This document shows, piece after piece, positions 18,542-27,314 of a stretch of 59,085 bases of DNA. Within the stretch, counting starts at the first letter, position 1. Every line of letters starts with the position of its first letter. The position numbers and the translations under genes were made by a program. The notes under the pieces were generated by a model, which was given only the letters and a program-made list of their open reading frames with translations, did not search any database and was not told the origin of the DNA. This DNA is from a bacterium (GTDB lineage Bacteria; Patescibacteriota; Minisyncoccia; UBA6257; GWB1-50-10), in contig JAKAHD010000005.1 of assembly GCA_021815205.1 (NCBI GenBank), positions 1 to 59,085 of the forward strand. Reading direction: 5' to 3'.

Positions 18542-19939
18542 ATGGATTCATTCGAAAAAATCGCGAGCTTGGCGAAGAGAAGGGGCTTTGTGTACCCTGG
18601 CTCCGAGATTTACGGCGGGCTTGCGGGTACGTGGGATTACGGTCCATTAGGCGTTGAACTGAAGAGAAATCTCAAGAACGAATTTTGGCGCTCGATGGTG
18701 CAGCTCCATGAGAATATCGTGGGGCTCGATGCCGCGATCGTTATGCACCCGAAGGTGTGGGAAGCGTCGGGGCATCTGGAATCCTTCTCCGACCCGCTCG
18801 TCGAGTGCAAGAAGTGCCACAGCCGATTTCGTACGGACGAAATCGGAATTTCCAATTTCCAATTTCCAATTTCCAAAGAGATAAAATGCGCGAAATGCGG
18901 GGCAAGCGACTGGACGGAGCCGAAGCGGTTCAACCTGATGGTCGAGACCTATCTCGGCGTAGTTGAAGGGGAAAAGACAAAGACGTATCTCCGCGGCGAG
19001 ATCACGCAGGGTGTGCACGTGAATTTCAAAAATGTGATGGATTCAACGCGGGTGAAGCTGCCGTTCGGTGTGGCACAGATCGGGAAAGCATTTCGGAATG
19101 AAATTACACCCGGAGGATTTACATTTCGTTCCCGCGAATTCGAACAAATGGAGCTTCAGTACTACGTCCGCCCCGACCTCAAGCAATCGATGGAAACGTT
19201 CGAATACTGGAAGAAAGAGCGGATGGACTGGTATGTTTCGCTCGGCATGAAAAAGGAAAATTTGCGGTTCAAAGAACACGCAAAAGACGAGCTCGCCCAT
19301 TATGCGTTGGCCGCGTTCGACATCGAATATAGCACGGAGGGCGAGTGGAAAGAAATGGAAGGCGTCCATCATCGCGGCGACTGGGATCTGAAGCGACATC
19401 AGGAATTCTCGAAAGAAGACATGACCTACTTCGACGAGGAAACGAAGGAACGGTATCTTCCTTATATTATTGAAACATCCGGAGGGGTGGACAGAGCCGC
19501 ACTTTTTTTCTTAATTGATGCATACACCGAGGAAAAAATTCCAAATTCCAAATTCCAAATTCCAAATAATTCCGAAATACAAAATTCAAATAACGAAAAC
19601 GGAACTCCGGATGCGAGGATCGTATTGAAACTCCATCCGCGCCTTGCGCCATACAAGGTTGCCGTTTTTCCACTTTTAGCTAACAAACCGGAGCTCGTCA
19701 AGGTAGCTAAAAAAATCAACGACGATTTGAAAAAAGATTTTATGGTCGCGTGGGACGATCGCGGCAATATCGGCAAACGCTACCGCGCGCAGGACGAAGC
19801 GGGTACGCCCTTCTGCATCACGGTTGATTTCGACAGCTTGGAGAATAACGATGTTACTATCCGCAACCGCGACACGATGCAACAAGAGCGCGTGAAAATT
19901 GCGGACCTTAAAGCGTATCTCGCGGAAAAGCTCGAATAA
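18542..19939 (+). CDS. glyQS: Glycyl-tRNA synthetase (class II, dimeric type)
   Basis: RRGFVYPGSEIYGGLAGTWDYGPLGVELKRN, FRNEITPGGFTFRSREFEQMELQYY and IETSGGVDR. Confidence 0.95.
   Translation: MDSFEKIASLAKRRGFVYPGSEIYGGLAGTWDYGPLGVELKRNLKNEFWRSMVQLHENIVGLDAAIVMHPKVWEASGHLESFSDPLVECKKCHSRFRTDEIGISNFQFPISKEIKCAKCGASDWTEPKRFNLMVETYLGVVEGEKTKTYLRGEITQGVHVNFKNVMDSTRVKLPFGVAQIGKAFRNEITPGGFTFRSREFEQMELQYYVRPDLKQSMETFEYWKKERMDWYVSLGMKKENLRFKEHAKDELAHYALAAFDIEYSTEGEWKEMEGVHHRGDWDLKRHQEFSKEDMTYFDEETKERYLPYIIETSGGVDRAALFFLIDAYTEEKIPNSKFQIPNNSEIQNSNNENGTPDARIVLKLHPRLAPYKVAVFPLLANKPELVKVAKKINDDLKKDFMVAWDDRGNIGKRYRAQDEAGTPFCITVDFDSLENNDVTIRNRDTMQQERVKIADLKAYLAEKLE
18847..18874 (+). repeat. In-frame AT-rich 7-nt array in glyQS
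   Basis: (AATTTCC)x4. Encodes ISNFQFPIS. Confidence 0.95.
19536..19595 (+). repeat. In-frame AT-rich 7-nt array in glyQS with a degenerate tail
   Basis: (AAATTCC)x4, then AAATAATTCCGAAATACAAAATTCAAATAAC. Encodes IPNSKFQIPNNSEIQNSNN. Confidence 0.95.
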
Positions 19940-19946
19940 CCCCCTT

Positions 19947-19998
19947 CTATCGAAGTTCAACTTCACTATTTCGAAATAGCGAGGTTGAACTTCGATAG
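19947..19998 (+). terminator. Long hairpin after glyQS
   Basis: CTATCGAAGTTCAAC...GTTGAACTTCGATAG (15-bp stem). Its arms recur separately at 26976 and 28128. Confidence 0.6.
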
Positions 19999-20063
19999 AG
20001 CCCCTTAGAATACCAGTAAAATAAGGGGCTTTGAACCCTCGCATGCGAAGGTATGCGGGGATA

Positions 20064-20093
20064 TTGACTTTTTGTTAGCACCTGTGGTATAAT
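20064..20093 (+). promoter_or_regulatory. Sigma-70-type promoter with extended -10 (cassette copy 1)
   Basis: TTGACT (20064-20069), 18-nt spacer, TGgTATAAT (20085-20093). Identical to 25516-25545. Confidence 0.7.
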
Positions 20094-20099
20094 AGAGCC

Positions 20100-20396
20100 A
20101 GTAAATTACCAACCAGGTACTGGACAGTTCTTCTTCTTAATCTGGTTACTCGCCGAGATTGGTACCGTAGGTGCTTATTTCAGCGAGTAACCGGATACGT
20201 ATGGTTACTCGAAATTGAATGAGGTCGGGAGAGCATTAGAATGGCGCCTGACCGATTGAAAAAAGTCATCGAGCTCCACCAAGAGCTCGACTCAATGATC
20301 TTCAGCCCATAAATAACTGAAACGGCTGGAGAGGAGATTTTAGTAATCATATTGTCCGCTTCCACGGACGCAAAACATATGGGAAGGAGAATTAAA
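20100..20396 (+). ncRNA. ~295-nt structured leader / candidate cis-regulatory RNA, copy 1
   Basis: Identical to copy 2 over 213 nt plus 75 nt. Stems: CCAGTA/TACTGG, TCTGGTTACTCGC/GCGAGTAACCGGA (13 bp), GGTCGGG/CCTGACC, TCGAGCTC/GAGCTCGA, CAGCC/GGCTG, GTCCG/CGGAC. Ends at RBS GGAAGGAG. Confidence 0.5.
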
Positions 20397-20831
20397 ATGA
20401 AAGTTGTAGAAAATTCGATCGGAACGCGTCGTGCGTTCACGATCACCGTCGGGACCCAAGAAGGGTACGGCGACTCCGCAAAAAAACACACGCTTGCGGA
20501 GGTCGTTGGTGCGGCAAAAAGCTGGATGATGCAGAAAGCCGCATCCGGCAAGTCGTTTGTCACCGGTTTTTTCACCTCTGGCGAAGTTGTCTACGCCTGG
20601 CCGGAGGGAGAGGGAAAGGCAGGCGGCGGCAGTGAGCCGAACGCTACTTTCCAAGGAGAGGTTACGCCTCTCTACGGTGCTCACCTCACCGATGAAGAGG
20701 TGAAGGTTTTGTTAAATGATCTCGCATCTCACCTCGGTGAGAAGCTGGGTCAAACTCGCGTGTACGTAAGGTACCGCGAGGAGGTCTGGATTCTCCAGGC
20801 GGAGGATCAGACCACGCCAACAGGAAATTAA
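20397..20831 (+). CDS. Hypothetical protein P1 (144 aa)
   Basis: RBS GGAAGGAG lies 7 nt upstream of the ATG. No recognisable motif. The ORF track starts earlier (20352), inside the leader. Confidence 0.6.
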   Translation: MKVVENSIGTRRAFTITVGTQEGYGDSAKKHTLAEVVGAAKSWMMQKAASGKSFVTGFFTSGEVVYAWPEGEGKAGGGSEPNATFQGEVTPLYGAHLTDEEVKVLLNDLASHLGEKLGQTRVYVRYREEVWILQAEDQTTPTGN

Positions 20832-20884
20832 TAAAAACGAGGTGTGATTTTATATCACACCTCAAAATTTAAGGAGGTGTCGAA

Positions 20885-22093
20885 ATGAAAGTTTTAGTAT
20901 TTGATCCTTTTGTTTCCGTTCGGGAAACAGGAGGGTGTACGTTCGAGCCGGATATGGGCTGGTGGACGCAAATAAACGATCCAACCCAAGAAAAGCTTGG
21001 ACGTGCATTAGTTGATTCTCGGGACGCCCTCTACATCCCGACGCTTCAAAAGACGGGTGAGCCGGTTGATGTGGCAATTGTTGAGTTCTTTAAGCAGCAA
21101 GCCGCTCAAATTGGGTTATCTGATCTGGTGTGTGCAAGCGGAATGTGGGTGCTTTCGACGACAGGGGATGTTCAAACCGAAACTATCTGGATCGCGCGCG
21201 GAAAGTGCAGTGATCTGGGTAGGATGAGGAAAGTTGCTCATAATATAAAAAATTTCGCGAATCAGGACTGTGTCGCCTGGGAAGAAAAAGGCGAGATGCA
21301 GTTTACCGGTTCGGAAAAGGAGGAAAAAATGGAAAGAATTTGGATTGTGCCGCGGAATGATCTTGAAGCGGTTGAAATAATAAATTTGCTTCATGATGCC
21401 GGCGAGATGGTTATTGTTTCATCTCAACCGTGGGGAGCAAGTTGGGAAAAGCTTGAGGACTCCGTTGCCCAGGAAGTTGAAAAACTTTTAGCGCAACATC
21501 CCCAAGCCAAGGTAATCGGGGTTGAATTTGCCGGCACGGCTCGTTGGAACGGGAGAACGATCGATCATCATTTTTACAGTGATGCTGATCGTTCGAGCGA
21601 GAAGTCCTCGATTGAACAAATTGCAGAGGAACTTGGTGTTCCGCTCAACAGGTATCAACAACTTGTCGCGATAAATGACAAGTGGTGGATACCGGGGCTT
21701 CAAAAAGCGGGCGCAACAAAAGGAGAAGTTGAAACCATAAGAATCTCCGATCGTTGCGCGCAAGGGATTACCCCGGACGAAGAAGCGCAGGCAGTCCGGG
21801 ATATTCAAGCGGCCGAATGGCACGGGAGAAAGTGTGTTGTAATATGCAGAAAACACACCTCGTGTTACACCGACCGTCTGTTCGGTACCTACGACGAGCT
21901 GATCGTCGCCGCACCCGATAAGTGGATTTACTTCGGTTCACGGCACCATGAAGTTAACAAGCTGATTCATGATGCGAACCTTGGAAATCCGCGCGATTGG
22001 GTAGGCGGCAGCAAAGAGTCCGGATTTGCTGGATTTATATCTCCCAGTCCGGATGCCCAGAAAAAGATTTCGGATTTTTTCTGGAAAAGTTAA
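20885..22093 (+). CDS. Hypothetical protein P2 (402 aa) with an IDHH motif
   Basis: RBS AAGGAGG. The C-terminal half has KVIGVEFAG...GRTIDHHFY, reminiscent of DHH motif III. Otherwise unassigned. Confidence 0.6.
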   Translation: MKVLVFDPFVSVRETGGCTFEPDMGWWTQINDPTQEKLGRALVDSRDALYIPTLQKTGEPVDVAIVEFFKQQAAQIGLSDLVCASGMWVLSTTGDVQTETIWIARGKCSDLGRMRKVAHNIKNFANQDCVAWEEKGEMQFTGSEKEEKMERIWIVPRNDLEAVEIINLLHDAGEMVIVSSQPWGASWEKLEDSVAQEVEKLLAQHPQAKVIGVEFAGTARWNGRTIDHHFYSDADRSSEKSSIEQIAEELGVPLNRYQQLVAINDKWWIPGLQKAGATKGEVETIRISDRCAQGITPDEEAQAVRDIQAAEWHGRKCVVICRKHTSCYTDRLFGTYDELIVAAPDKWIYFGSRHHEVNKLIHDANLGNPRDWVGGSKESGFAGFISPSPDAQKKISDFFWKS

Positions 22094-22108
22094 TAATTAT
22101 TTCGAGTT

Positions 22109-22137
22109 AGGGAGGACTCATTTATAAAAACCTCCCT
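22109..22137 (+). terminator. Hairpin after P2
   Basis: AGGGAGG-15 nt-CCTCCCT, followed by CTGTTTTCG. Confidence 0.5.
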
Positions 22138-22269
22138 CTGTTTTCGCCAAAGGCGAACTGATGAGTTTTCCGATCTGATATATCGGCAAAACGAAACAGA
22201 TAACAATTACATTCCGCTATATGCGGACCGGTCCAGCGGAACTGGAAACATTTAAAGAAAGGAGTGTCT

Positions 22270-23181
22270 ATGTGGGCACCGTTAGCAAGGTTCTTTAAGA
22301 ATTTATTTTCCCCAAAAACCCCTCCCCCTCTCAAAAAAGAAAAAAGTGAGGGTGAGAAGAAAGTTCATTTTCTTTTGCCGGAGACGGCTGAGGAATATGA
22401 AAATTTCGTTCAGCAAGAGCGAGAAAAAATTTTTGCTCAGCAGAATAAAGGGAAAGAAATGGCTCGCCAGTTCTTAGAAGAGTCAAAGAAGGAGTTCGAA
22501 AGCAACTCCAGAAAAGAGGAAAGCCTTAAAGACAGGATTAAAGAAGAAAAAGATCCTGCCGAAAAAGAGATTTTAGAAAGATGGCTCGCAAGAGTTATTT
22601 CCGCTAATGTCTCGGCAAGTTCCTATATAAAGGAACTTGAAGAGGAGATAAAAAATCAACCCGCAGTTGAGGTTGATGAAAAGAAATTGGGAGAAAAAGA
22701 GAAGTCTCTTCGGAGACAAGAGCTCCAAAAGATAGTTTCGAATGGAGCTGTAGCAGGGAGGTCATATTCATTTCCTGTAGTTCAAGAAGAAAGGCTTCTC
22801 GTCCTATATCGTGAAAAATTCTTTTTGGTTGTAGTAGAATATCAACCAATTAAAGAAAGCAAGGTTGATATTTGTACAAAGTGTGGCTCGGAAAAACTTT
22901 TGAGCCATCAGTATGGGATGGGAGGAGCGTGTTATTCTGACTTTTGTCCAAAATGCAGTCCACAAACCATGGTGGATAAAAGTTGGAACAGAACAATATG
23001 TGGGAAAGCAACCTATTCGGTCACTGTCGGATATGAAAAAACCGGGTATGTTGTTTGGGGAACCGATTCTCTGAAACAATTCAGAGACGACGAACTTCGT
23101 GTCGTTTCTGAATACAATAAAACGGGGAAGATTGAAGAGGGGAAAATATTTTCCTCCGGCCACCATGATAAGCCGTGGTAA
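22270..23181 (+). CDS. Hypothetical protein P3: K/E-rich coiled-coil N-half, Cys-rich zinc-ribbon-like C-half
   Basis: AAAGGAG lies 5 nt upstream of the ATG at 22270. CTKCGSEK...CYSDFCPKCSPQ. The ORF track starts at GTG 22264. Confidence 0.6.
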   Translation: MWAPLARFFKNLFSPKTPPPLKKEKSEGEKKVHFLLPETAEEYENFVQQEREKIFAQQNKGKEMARQFLEESKKEFESNSRKEESLKDRIKEEKDPAEKEILERWLARVISANVSASSYIKELEEEIKNQPAVEVDEKKLGEKEKSLRRQELQKIVSNGAVAGRSYSFPVVQEERLLVLYREKFFLVVVEYQPIKESKVDICTKCGSEKLLSHQYGMGGACYSDFCPKCSPQTMVDKSWNRTICGKATYSVTVGYEKTGYVVWGTDSLKQFRDDELRVVSEYNKTGKIEEGKIFSSGHHDKPW

Positions 23182-23208
23182 GCCAGTTTAGTAAAAATTA
23201 TTTTTATA

Positions 23209-23248
23209 CCCGGGAACGAGTAACATCGTTTCCCGGGTCAATTTTTTA
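23209..23248. terminator. Shared cassette terminator, copy 1 (also serves the convergent minus-strand gene)
   Basis: CCCGGGAA-13 nt-TTCCCGGG plus a T-run. About 43 bp are shared with 26762-26806. Confidence 0.7.
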
Positions 23249-25321
23249 TAGGTTCTGTTTTACTTCCGCGAGGTATTCTGGGAATCGAGAATCAATGTCT
23301 TCAAACGACTCGCCGCAATATTGTTTCATCAACGTCTTTTCTTCGTTGCGGCGATTCTCTATTTCGGAGATAATCTGTTTGAATTCAGCATCAACCTCTC
23401 CATTTTCCCGCATCTTTTGAATATTTTTTTGGATGACTTCCTTTTTCTTTAGAAATTGTTCCGCCGCATTCCTATCAAACGCAAAGCGTTCTTGTTCAAC
23501 TTTTTCGTCCGCTATGACATATTCCACCGTGTCCCACGACCCTTGCCGCTCTCCGCTTACCTGGGCGCCTCGTCTCCATCCGTCGCCTCCGAGTGTGCTA
23601 CTGTAGCGTATCATGCCATAGTGAGTGGTTTTATTCTCTTTGTAGAGAATGGATCCGGTTTTAAGGTCGAGGATAGTTGTAACATCCGATTCGAATCCGG
23701 AGGTATAACCCCGATTTGCCGTTCCTACATCTCTTCTCTTGTTTTGATATATAACATACCGATCGGCAATAATTTCAGACGGTTTTTCTTTTGCATACTC
23801 CTCTCTGTCAGTTTTTTGATTTTGAGCAACCCATTTTATATATTGTTCGTTATTCTTCTCGGCTTTTTCCGCGGCGCGACCCCGCATTTCCTTATCCACT
23901 TCATTCCATAGGATTTCAGCCCGATCTTTTTCTACCAAATTAATTACGGAATCCTTTTGTATTTGAATAATAGGCGCCTTCTCGGGGACCGAAACGGTTT
24001 CGATCGGAATATGATATCCTCCAGTGAACAGCCTTTGTGTGGCGGTGGTGACGAGAGAAACATACTTCTTGTCCATGAATTCTTTGATACGCCCCTCGAG
24101 TTTTTGCTGGAAGTCGGGTGTCATTACTTTTTGCATCAATGCTTCCACGATTTCCCGGTTCTTGCCGCCCCGAAGTTTATTGGCTGTTTCTACGAATGGC
24201 AGAACGATGCCATTCCCGATATCATCCGCATACTGACCCCGTTCCTTTTCATTAAGGATCTCGAGGCCGGTGAAATTTACACGAAATCCAAACACACTTT
24301 TAAGCTCCGGGTGCCCCAGTACTATTTGAGAAGCGTCATGATACCAACCGGGTTGATATTCTTCTGAAACGGCATCAAGAAATTTTTCTGCATTGATTGT
24401 TACTGAAGGATCTTGTAAAAGGAGCGAATACACATTTACTAAGTGCAGGGGATACCCGGAGTCGTCTCTCCTTGTTATTTCTTTTGAGAATTCTACATTC
24501 TTCTTAAGAACAAACGAATCGGAGTTAAGGGGCGTATATTCTCTTTCCAATTCTTTTAGGTCGTCTATAGAATGCAATAGTAATCCATCTTTAGTAACCT
24601 TGACTGTATCCGGGAATTTAATAGGCAATTCTTTTTGTACCGCATCCTCAAAGATTACTTCATAGTATGCGTTAAAATTTTCTCCATCCCCCTCTTTTAT
24701 GACAGGTTTTATAAGAACCGTTTCTTCTGTGTGGTATGGTGTGTTAATGGTAAACGTAAACCTTCCCTCCCCAAAAATCTCGGGACGTGTCTGGGAAACG
24801 ATTTCTTTTTTGATCATCGCCTCTATTTTTGGAGCGACAAACTCCGCGGATTTTTCGGCAAGAATGCGCTTGGCGTCTTCGGAAAAACACCATTTCTTGC
24901 TCGCAAGTCCTTTCTCACCGCGTTTCGTTGAGAGGGACATAACACTCTCATTGTGTTCAATTTTTGTTTCTATTTCGTTCGCCTGGGCTACACGTCTGCG
25001 ACGATCACTGGCCTCTCTGAGCGCATAATCGGATATGTGGAAGAAAATCCGGTCTTTTGAAGAGGGCTCCTTTAAAAAACCAAACCCTCTTTCTTTGTTA
25101 AATCGTTCAATAGTATAAGGTCCAGTGGCATCGGGGTACGCACTTTTGAGATTGATTTCTTTTTCCGCTTCGCTATGAAGCTTGGCGTCTTCTTCTTCGA
25201 TAAGCGACGTATCAAAACGAACTATTTCATGGACACTCTCGCGAGCATCGTTTTCATTAAAATCCTCCTCTTTATTCTCTTCTGGCATCCCCGTTACGGA
25301 ATCGAGTTTTCCCATATCCAT
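23246..25321 (-). CDS. Hypothetical 691-aa protein P4 with a cold-shock-like N-terminal segment
   Basis: YTIERFNKERGFGFLKEPSSKDRIFFHISD resembles the CSD RNP motifs. The remaining ~570 aa have no recognisable motif. Confidence 0.6.
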   Translation of the reverse strand: MDMGKLDSVTGMPEENKEEDFNENDARESVHEIVRFDTSLIEEEDAKLHSEAEKEINLKSAYPDATGPYTIERFNKERGFGFLKEPSSKDRIFFHISDYALREASDRRRRVAQANEIETKIEHNESVMSLSTKRGEKGLASKKWCFSEDAKRILAEKSAEFVAPKIEAMIKKEIVSQTRPEIFGEGRFTFTINTPYHTEETVLIKPVIKEGDGENFNAYYEVIFEDAVQKELPIKFPDTVKVTKDGLLLHSIDDLKELEREYTPLNSDSFVLKKNVEFSKEITRRDDSGYPLHLVNVYSLLLQDPSVTINAEKFLDAVSEEYQPGWYHDASQIVLGHPELKSVFGFRVNFTGLEILNEKERGQYADDIGNGIVLPFVETANKLRGGKNREIVEALMQKVMTPDFQQKLEGRIKEFMDKKYVSLVTTATQRLFTGGYHIPIETVSVPEKAPIIQIQKDSVINLVEKDRAEILWNEVDKEMRGRAAEKAEKNNEQYIKWVAQNQKTDREEYAKEKPSEIIADRYVIYQNKRRDVGTANRGYTSGFESDVTTILDLKTGSILYKENKTTHYGMIRYSSTLGGDGWRRGAQVSGERQGSWDTVEYVIADEKVEQERFAFDRNAAEQFLKKKEVIQKNIQKMRENGEVDAEFKQIISEIENRRNEEKTLMKQYCGESFEDIDSRFPEYLAEVKQNL

Positions 25322-25515
25322 ATTCTAGTTTTTTCAGAATTTCTGCACAAGGAATGAAGTAGTTATATTTGTGGTGAGAAAAAATAGGGGAAACTTTACC
25401 GCTTCGGCGGGGTAAGGTATGATTCGCTCATGGAAAAAATAAAACGAGTATTTCGACGTCCGACATCGGAAGATTAGTCAAAAATCCGCATTTCATGTGG
25501 GTTTTTAGCAATATA

Positions 25516-25545
25516 TTGACTTTTTGTTAGCACCTGTGGTATAAT
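25516..25545 (+). promoter_or_regulatory. Sigma-70-type promoter with extended -10 (cassette copy 2)
   Basis: Identical to 20064-20093. Confidence 0.7.
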
Positions 25546-25551
25546 AGAGCC

Positions 25552-25844
25552 AGTAAATTACCAACCAGGTACTGGACAGTTCTTCTTCTTAATCTGGTTA
25601 CTCGCCGAGATTGGTACCGTAGGTGCTTATTTCAGCGAGTAACCGGATACGTATGGTTACTCGAAATTGAATGAGGTCGGGAGAGCATTAGAATGGCGCC
25701 TGACCGATTGAAAAAAGTCATCGAGTCCGCTGTGGCTCGACTCAATGATCTTCAGCCCATAAATAACTGAAACGGCTGGAGAGGAGATTTTAGTAATCAT
25801 ATTGTCCGCTCCCACGGACGAAAAATATTTGGGAAGGAGAATAA
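25552..25844 (+). ncRNA. ~293-nt structured leader, copy 2
   Basis: Same as copy 1, except the tip of one hairpin is replaced (25726-25735, TCCGCTGTGG, versus 20274-20285, CTCCACCAAGAG). One T/C change lies in a hairpin loop, and small indels lie near the RBS. Confidence 0.5.
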
Positions 25845-26756
25845 ATGAAACTTTGGTCGTTCGAATTTTCACGACGATCGTCTTTACCTCTTGATCTTTT
25901 TATCAAGAGAAAAGACGGTAGGGAAGTTCCCATTAGCACAGAAAGGATTATCCTTTCTGTGCAGTGGAAGAGGGGAGAGGAAGAAATCACTCAAATTTTT
26001 GTTAATTTGGAGGGAGTTGAGGTTAATTATGATGAGTATCTTGTTGAGAGAAACTCACCTACAGAACACAACCAGCTCCATCCTTGGCATAAGGATAGCG
26101 GAGAGAGTATGTGGAATCTCCGCGCCGAAATATTTAATTACTCAACTTCGAGAGAGGAAGTTGAGCATATTCAAGAGAAAGTGATAAAAACCCTTACCCC
26201 ACCTCTTTATATAGGTGCCGGCGGTGAAAACGGCACGCTCCATATCTTAAGACGGTATGAGGGCATGATATTCCACCACCGGGGTGATATTGTCTCGAAG
26301 GAGATTGAGAAACTAGCCCAACAGGCAGTTAAGGCCTTCGCAGATCAATATCACTTTGATATCGCGAAAGCGATATCAAACATTTTCTTTGATGGCCAAG
26401 AGGAAGGAACACTTCTGTACATCAAGGAGAAAGAGATCGAGCAAAAATTCCTTTTGCTCGATGTCGAGAACGCTATAAAAAAGGCCATAGACGAGAAAAA
26501 GATAGTATGGCCCGATTTTAGCGATTGGGAGGGGGATTCATTTCCTCATATCCACTTTGATGTGGATGTGAAAGGAAAAATTTATCATGGGAAACTTTCC
26601 TATGACGATGGATACGTTTCTACCGTCATAGGGAGTGTTCCAAACAACCCCCTCGTTGGATTTCTTTCCGCGGAAGAGGGGGACGAGGCCCAGTTTGAAG
26701 GTCCAATTAAAGACTGGACCTACATGCAGGGCCCGTCATTCGAATATAATTTTTAG
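25845..26756 (+). CDS. Hypothetical protein P5 (303 aa)
   Basis: RBS GGAAGGAG. No recognisable motif. Unrelated to P1. Confidence 0.6.
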   Translation: MKLWSFEFSRRSSLPLDLFIKRKDGREVPISTERIILSVQWKRGEEEITQIFVNLEGVEVNYDEYLVERNSPTEHNQLHPWHKDSGESMWNLRAEIFNYSTSREEVEHIQEKVIKTLTPPLYIGAGGENGTLHILRRYEGMIFHHRGDIVSKEIEKLAQQAVKAFADQYHFDIAKAISNIFFDGQEEGTLLYIKEKEIEQKFLLLDVENAIKKAIDEKKIVWPDFSDWEGDSFPHIHFDVDVKGKIYHGKLSYDDGYVSTVIGSVPNNPLVGFLSAEEGDEAQFEGPIKDWTYMQGPSFEYNF

Positions 26757-26763
26757 GTAAAAA

Positions 26764-26805
26764 CCCGGGAACGAGTAACATCGTCTCCCGGGTACATTAT
26801 TTTAT
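26764..26805 (+). terminator. Shared cassette terminator, copy 2
   Basis: CCCGGGA-15 nt-TCCCGGG plus a T-rich tail. Confidence 0.65.
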
Positions 26806-26822
26806 AAACACACAGCACACCA

Positions 26823-26850
26823 AGACCGCTATGCTATAGCATAGCGGTCT
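26823..26850. terminator. 28-nt perfect palindrome plus T-run
   Basis: AGACCGCTATGCTA|TAGCATAGCGGTCT followed by ATTTTTAT. Its core is shared with the murD palindrome at 7367. Confidence 0.7.
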
Positions 26851-27053
26851 ATTTTTATCCGCCTTCGCAGAAGATCATAGGTGTAAACCCGTGAATGAAT
26901 GCGAGGCGGCAATAGGGATAAATTGCTCCGTTTATCTTCCTTCGGGTTCAGCGGAGAAATTGAGGTAATGTCCTCCTATCGAAGTTCAACTTCACTACCT
27001 ACCCACATTAAGGGGTTCGCATAAGTCCAAAAATCGTGGTATAATGGGGCAAG

Positions 27054-27314
27054 ATGACAATTCAGGCGTTTATAAAAAAAAGACCGTATCTCGTCTGGCA
27101 TACGAAAAATTACACCCGTCTTTCCGAAGAGGCCGTCGTGGAAGCGACACTGAACTACGGAGATTTTGACGATGTGAAGCAATTAATTGAAATACTCGGG
27201 ATCAAGAAAGTGGCTGCGATTTTCAGGCGGCACACAAGCTCCCGGAAGATGAGAACCAATTATCCGCCGAAGCTACAACATTATTTCCACCTTTATTTTC
27301 ACGCGCATGCATAA
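27054..27314 (+). CDS. Small protein, putative partner/antitoxin of the downstream AbiEii-like gene
   Basis: 86 aa. Overlaps the next gene by 8 nt (ATGCATAA). A TGGTATAAT -10 element lies about 15 nt upstream. Confidence 0.5.
   Translation: MTIQAFIKKRPYLVWHTKNYTRLSEEAVVEATLNYGDFDDVKQLIEILGIKKVAAIFRRHTSSRKMRTNYPPKLQHYFHLYFHAHA

Noticed and set aside
18847-19595. The AT-rich short tandem arrays as a possible CRISPR array
   Set aside because: The period is 7 nt with no spacers. The arrays lie inside conserved coding sequences and are in frame. No cas genes are present.
20241-20312. Possible leader peptide (MAPDRLKKVIELHQELDSMIFSP) inside the duplicated leader
   Set aside because: The 12-nt versus 10-nt difference between the copies shifts the frame. 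The two copies therefore encode different C-terminal halves (copy 2 gives MAPDRLKKVIESAVARLNDLQPINN). Conservation fits RNA structure better than a peptide, although a short regulatory uORF is not fully excluded.
20365-20380. GGACGCAAAAC in leader copy 1, which resembles part of the c-di-GMP-I riboswitch core
   Set aside because: It is not conserved in copy 2 (GGACGAAAAAT), and the rest of the GEMM-I consensus is absent.
20180-20575. Minus-strand ORFs 20180..20575 and 25657..25872, which share a peptide
   Set aside because: The shared peptide is a by-product of the duplicated leader DNA read on the wrong strand, opposite to the promoter and RBS logic.
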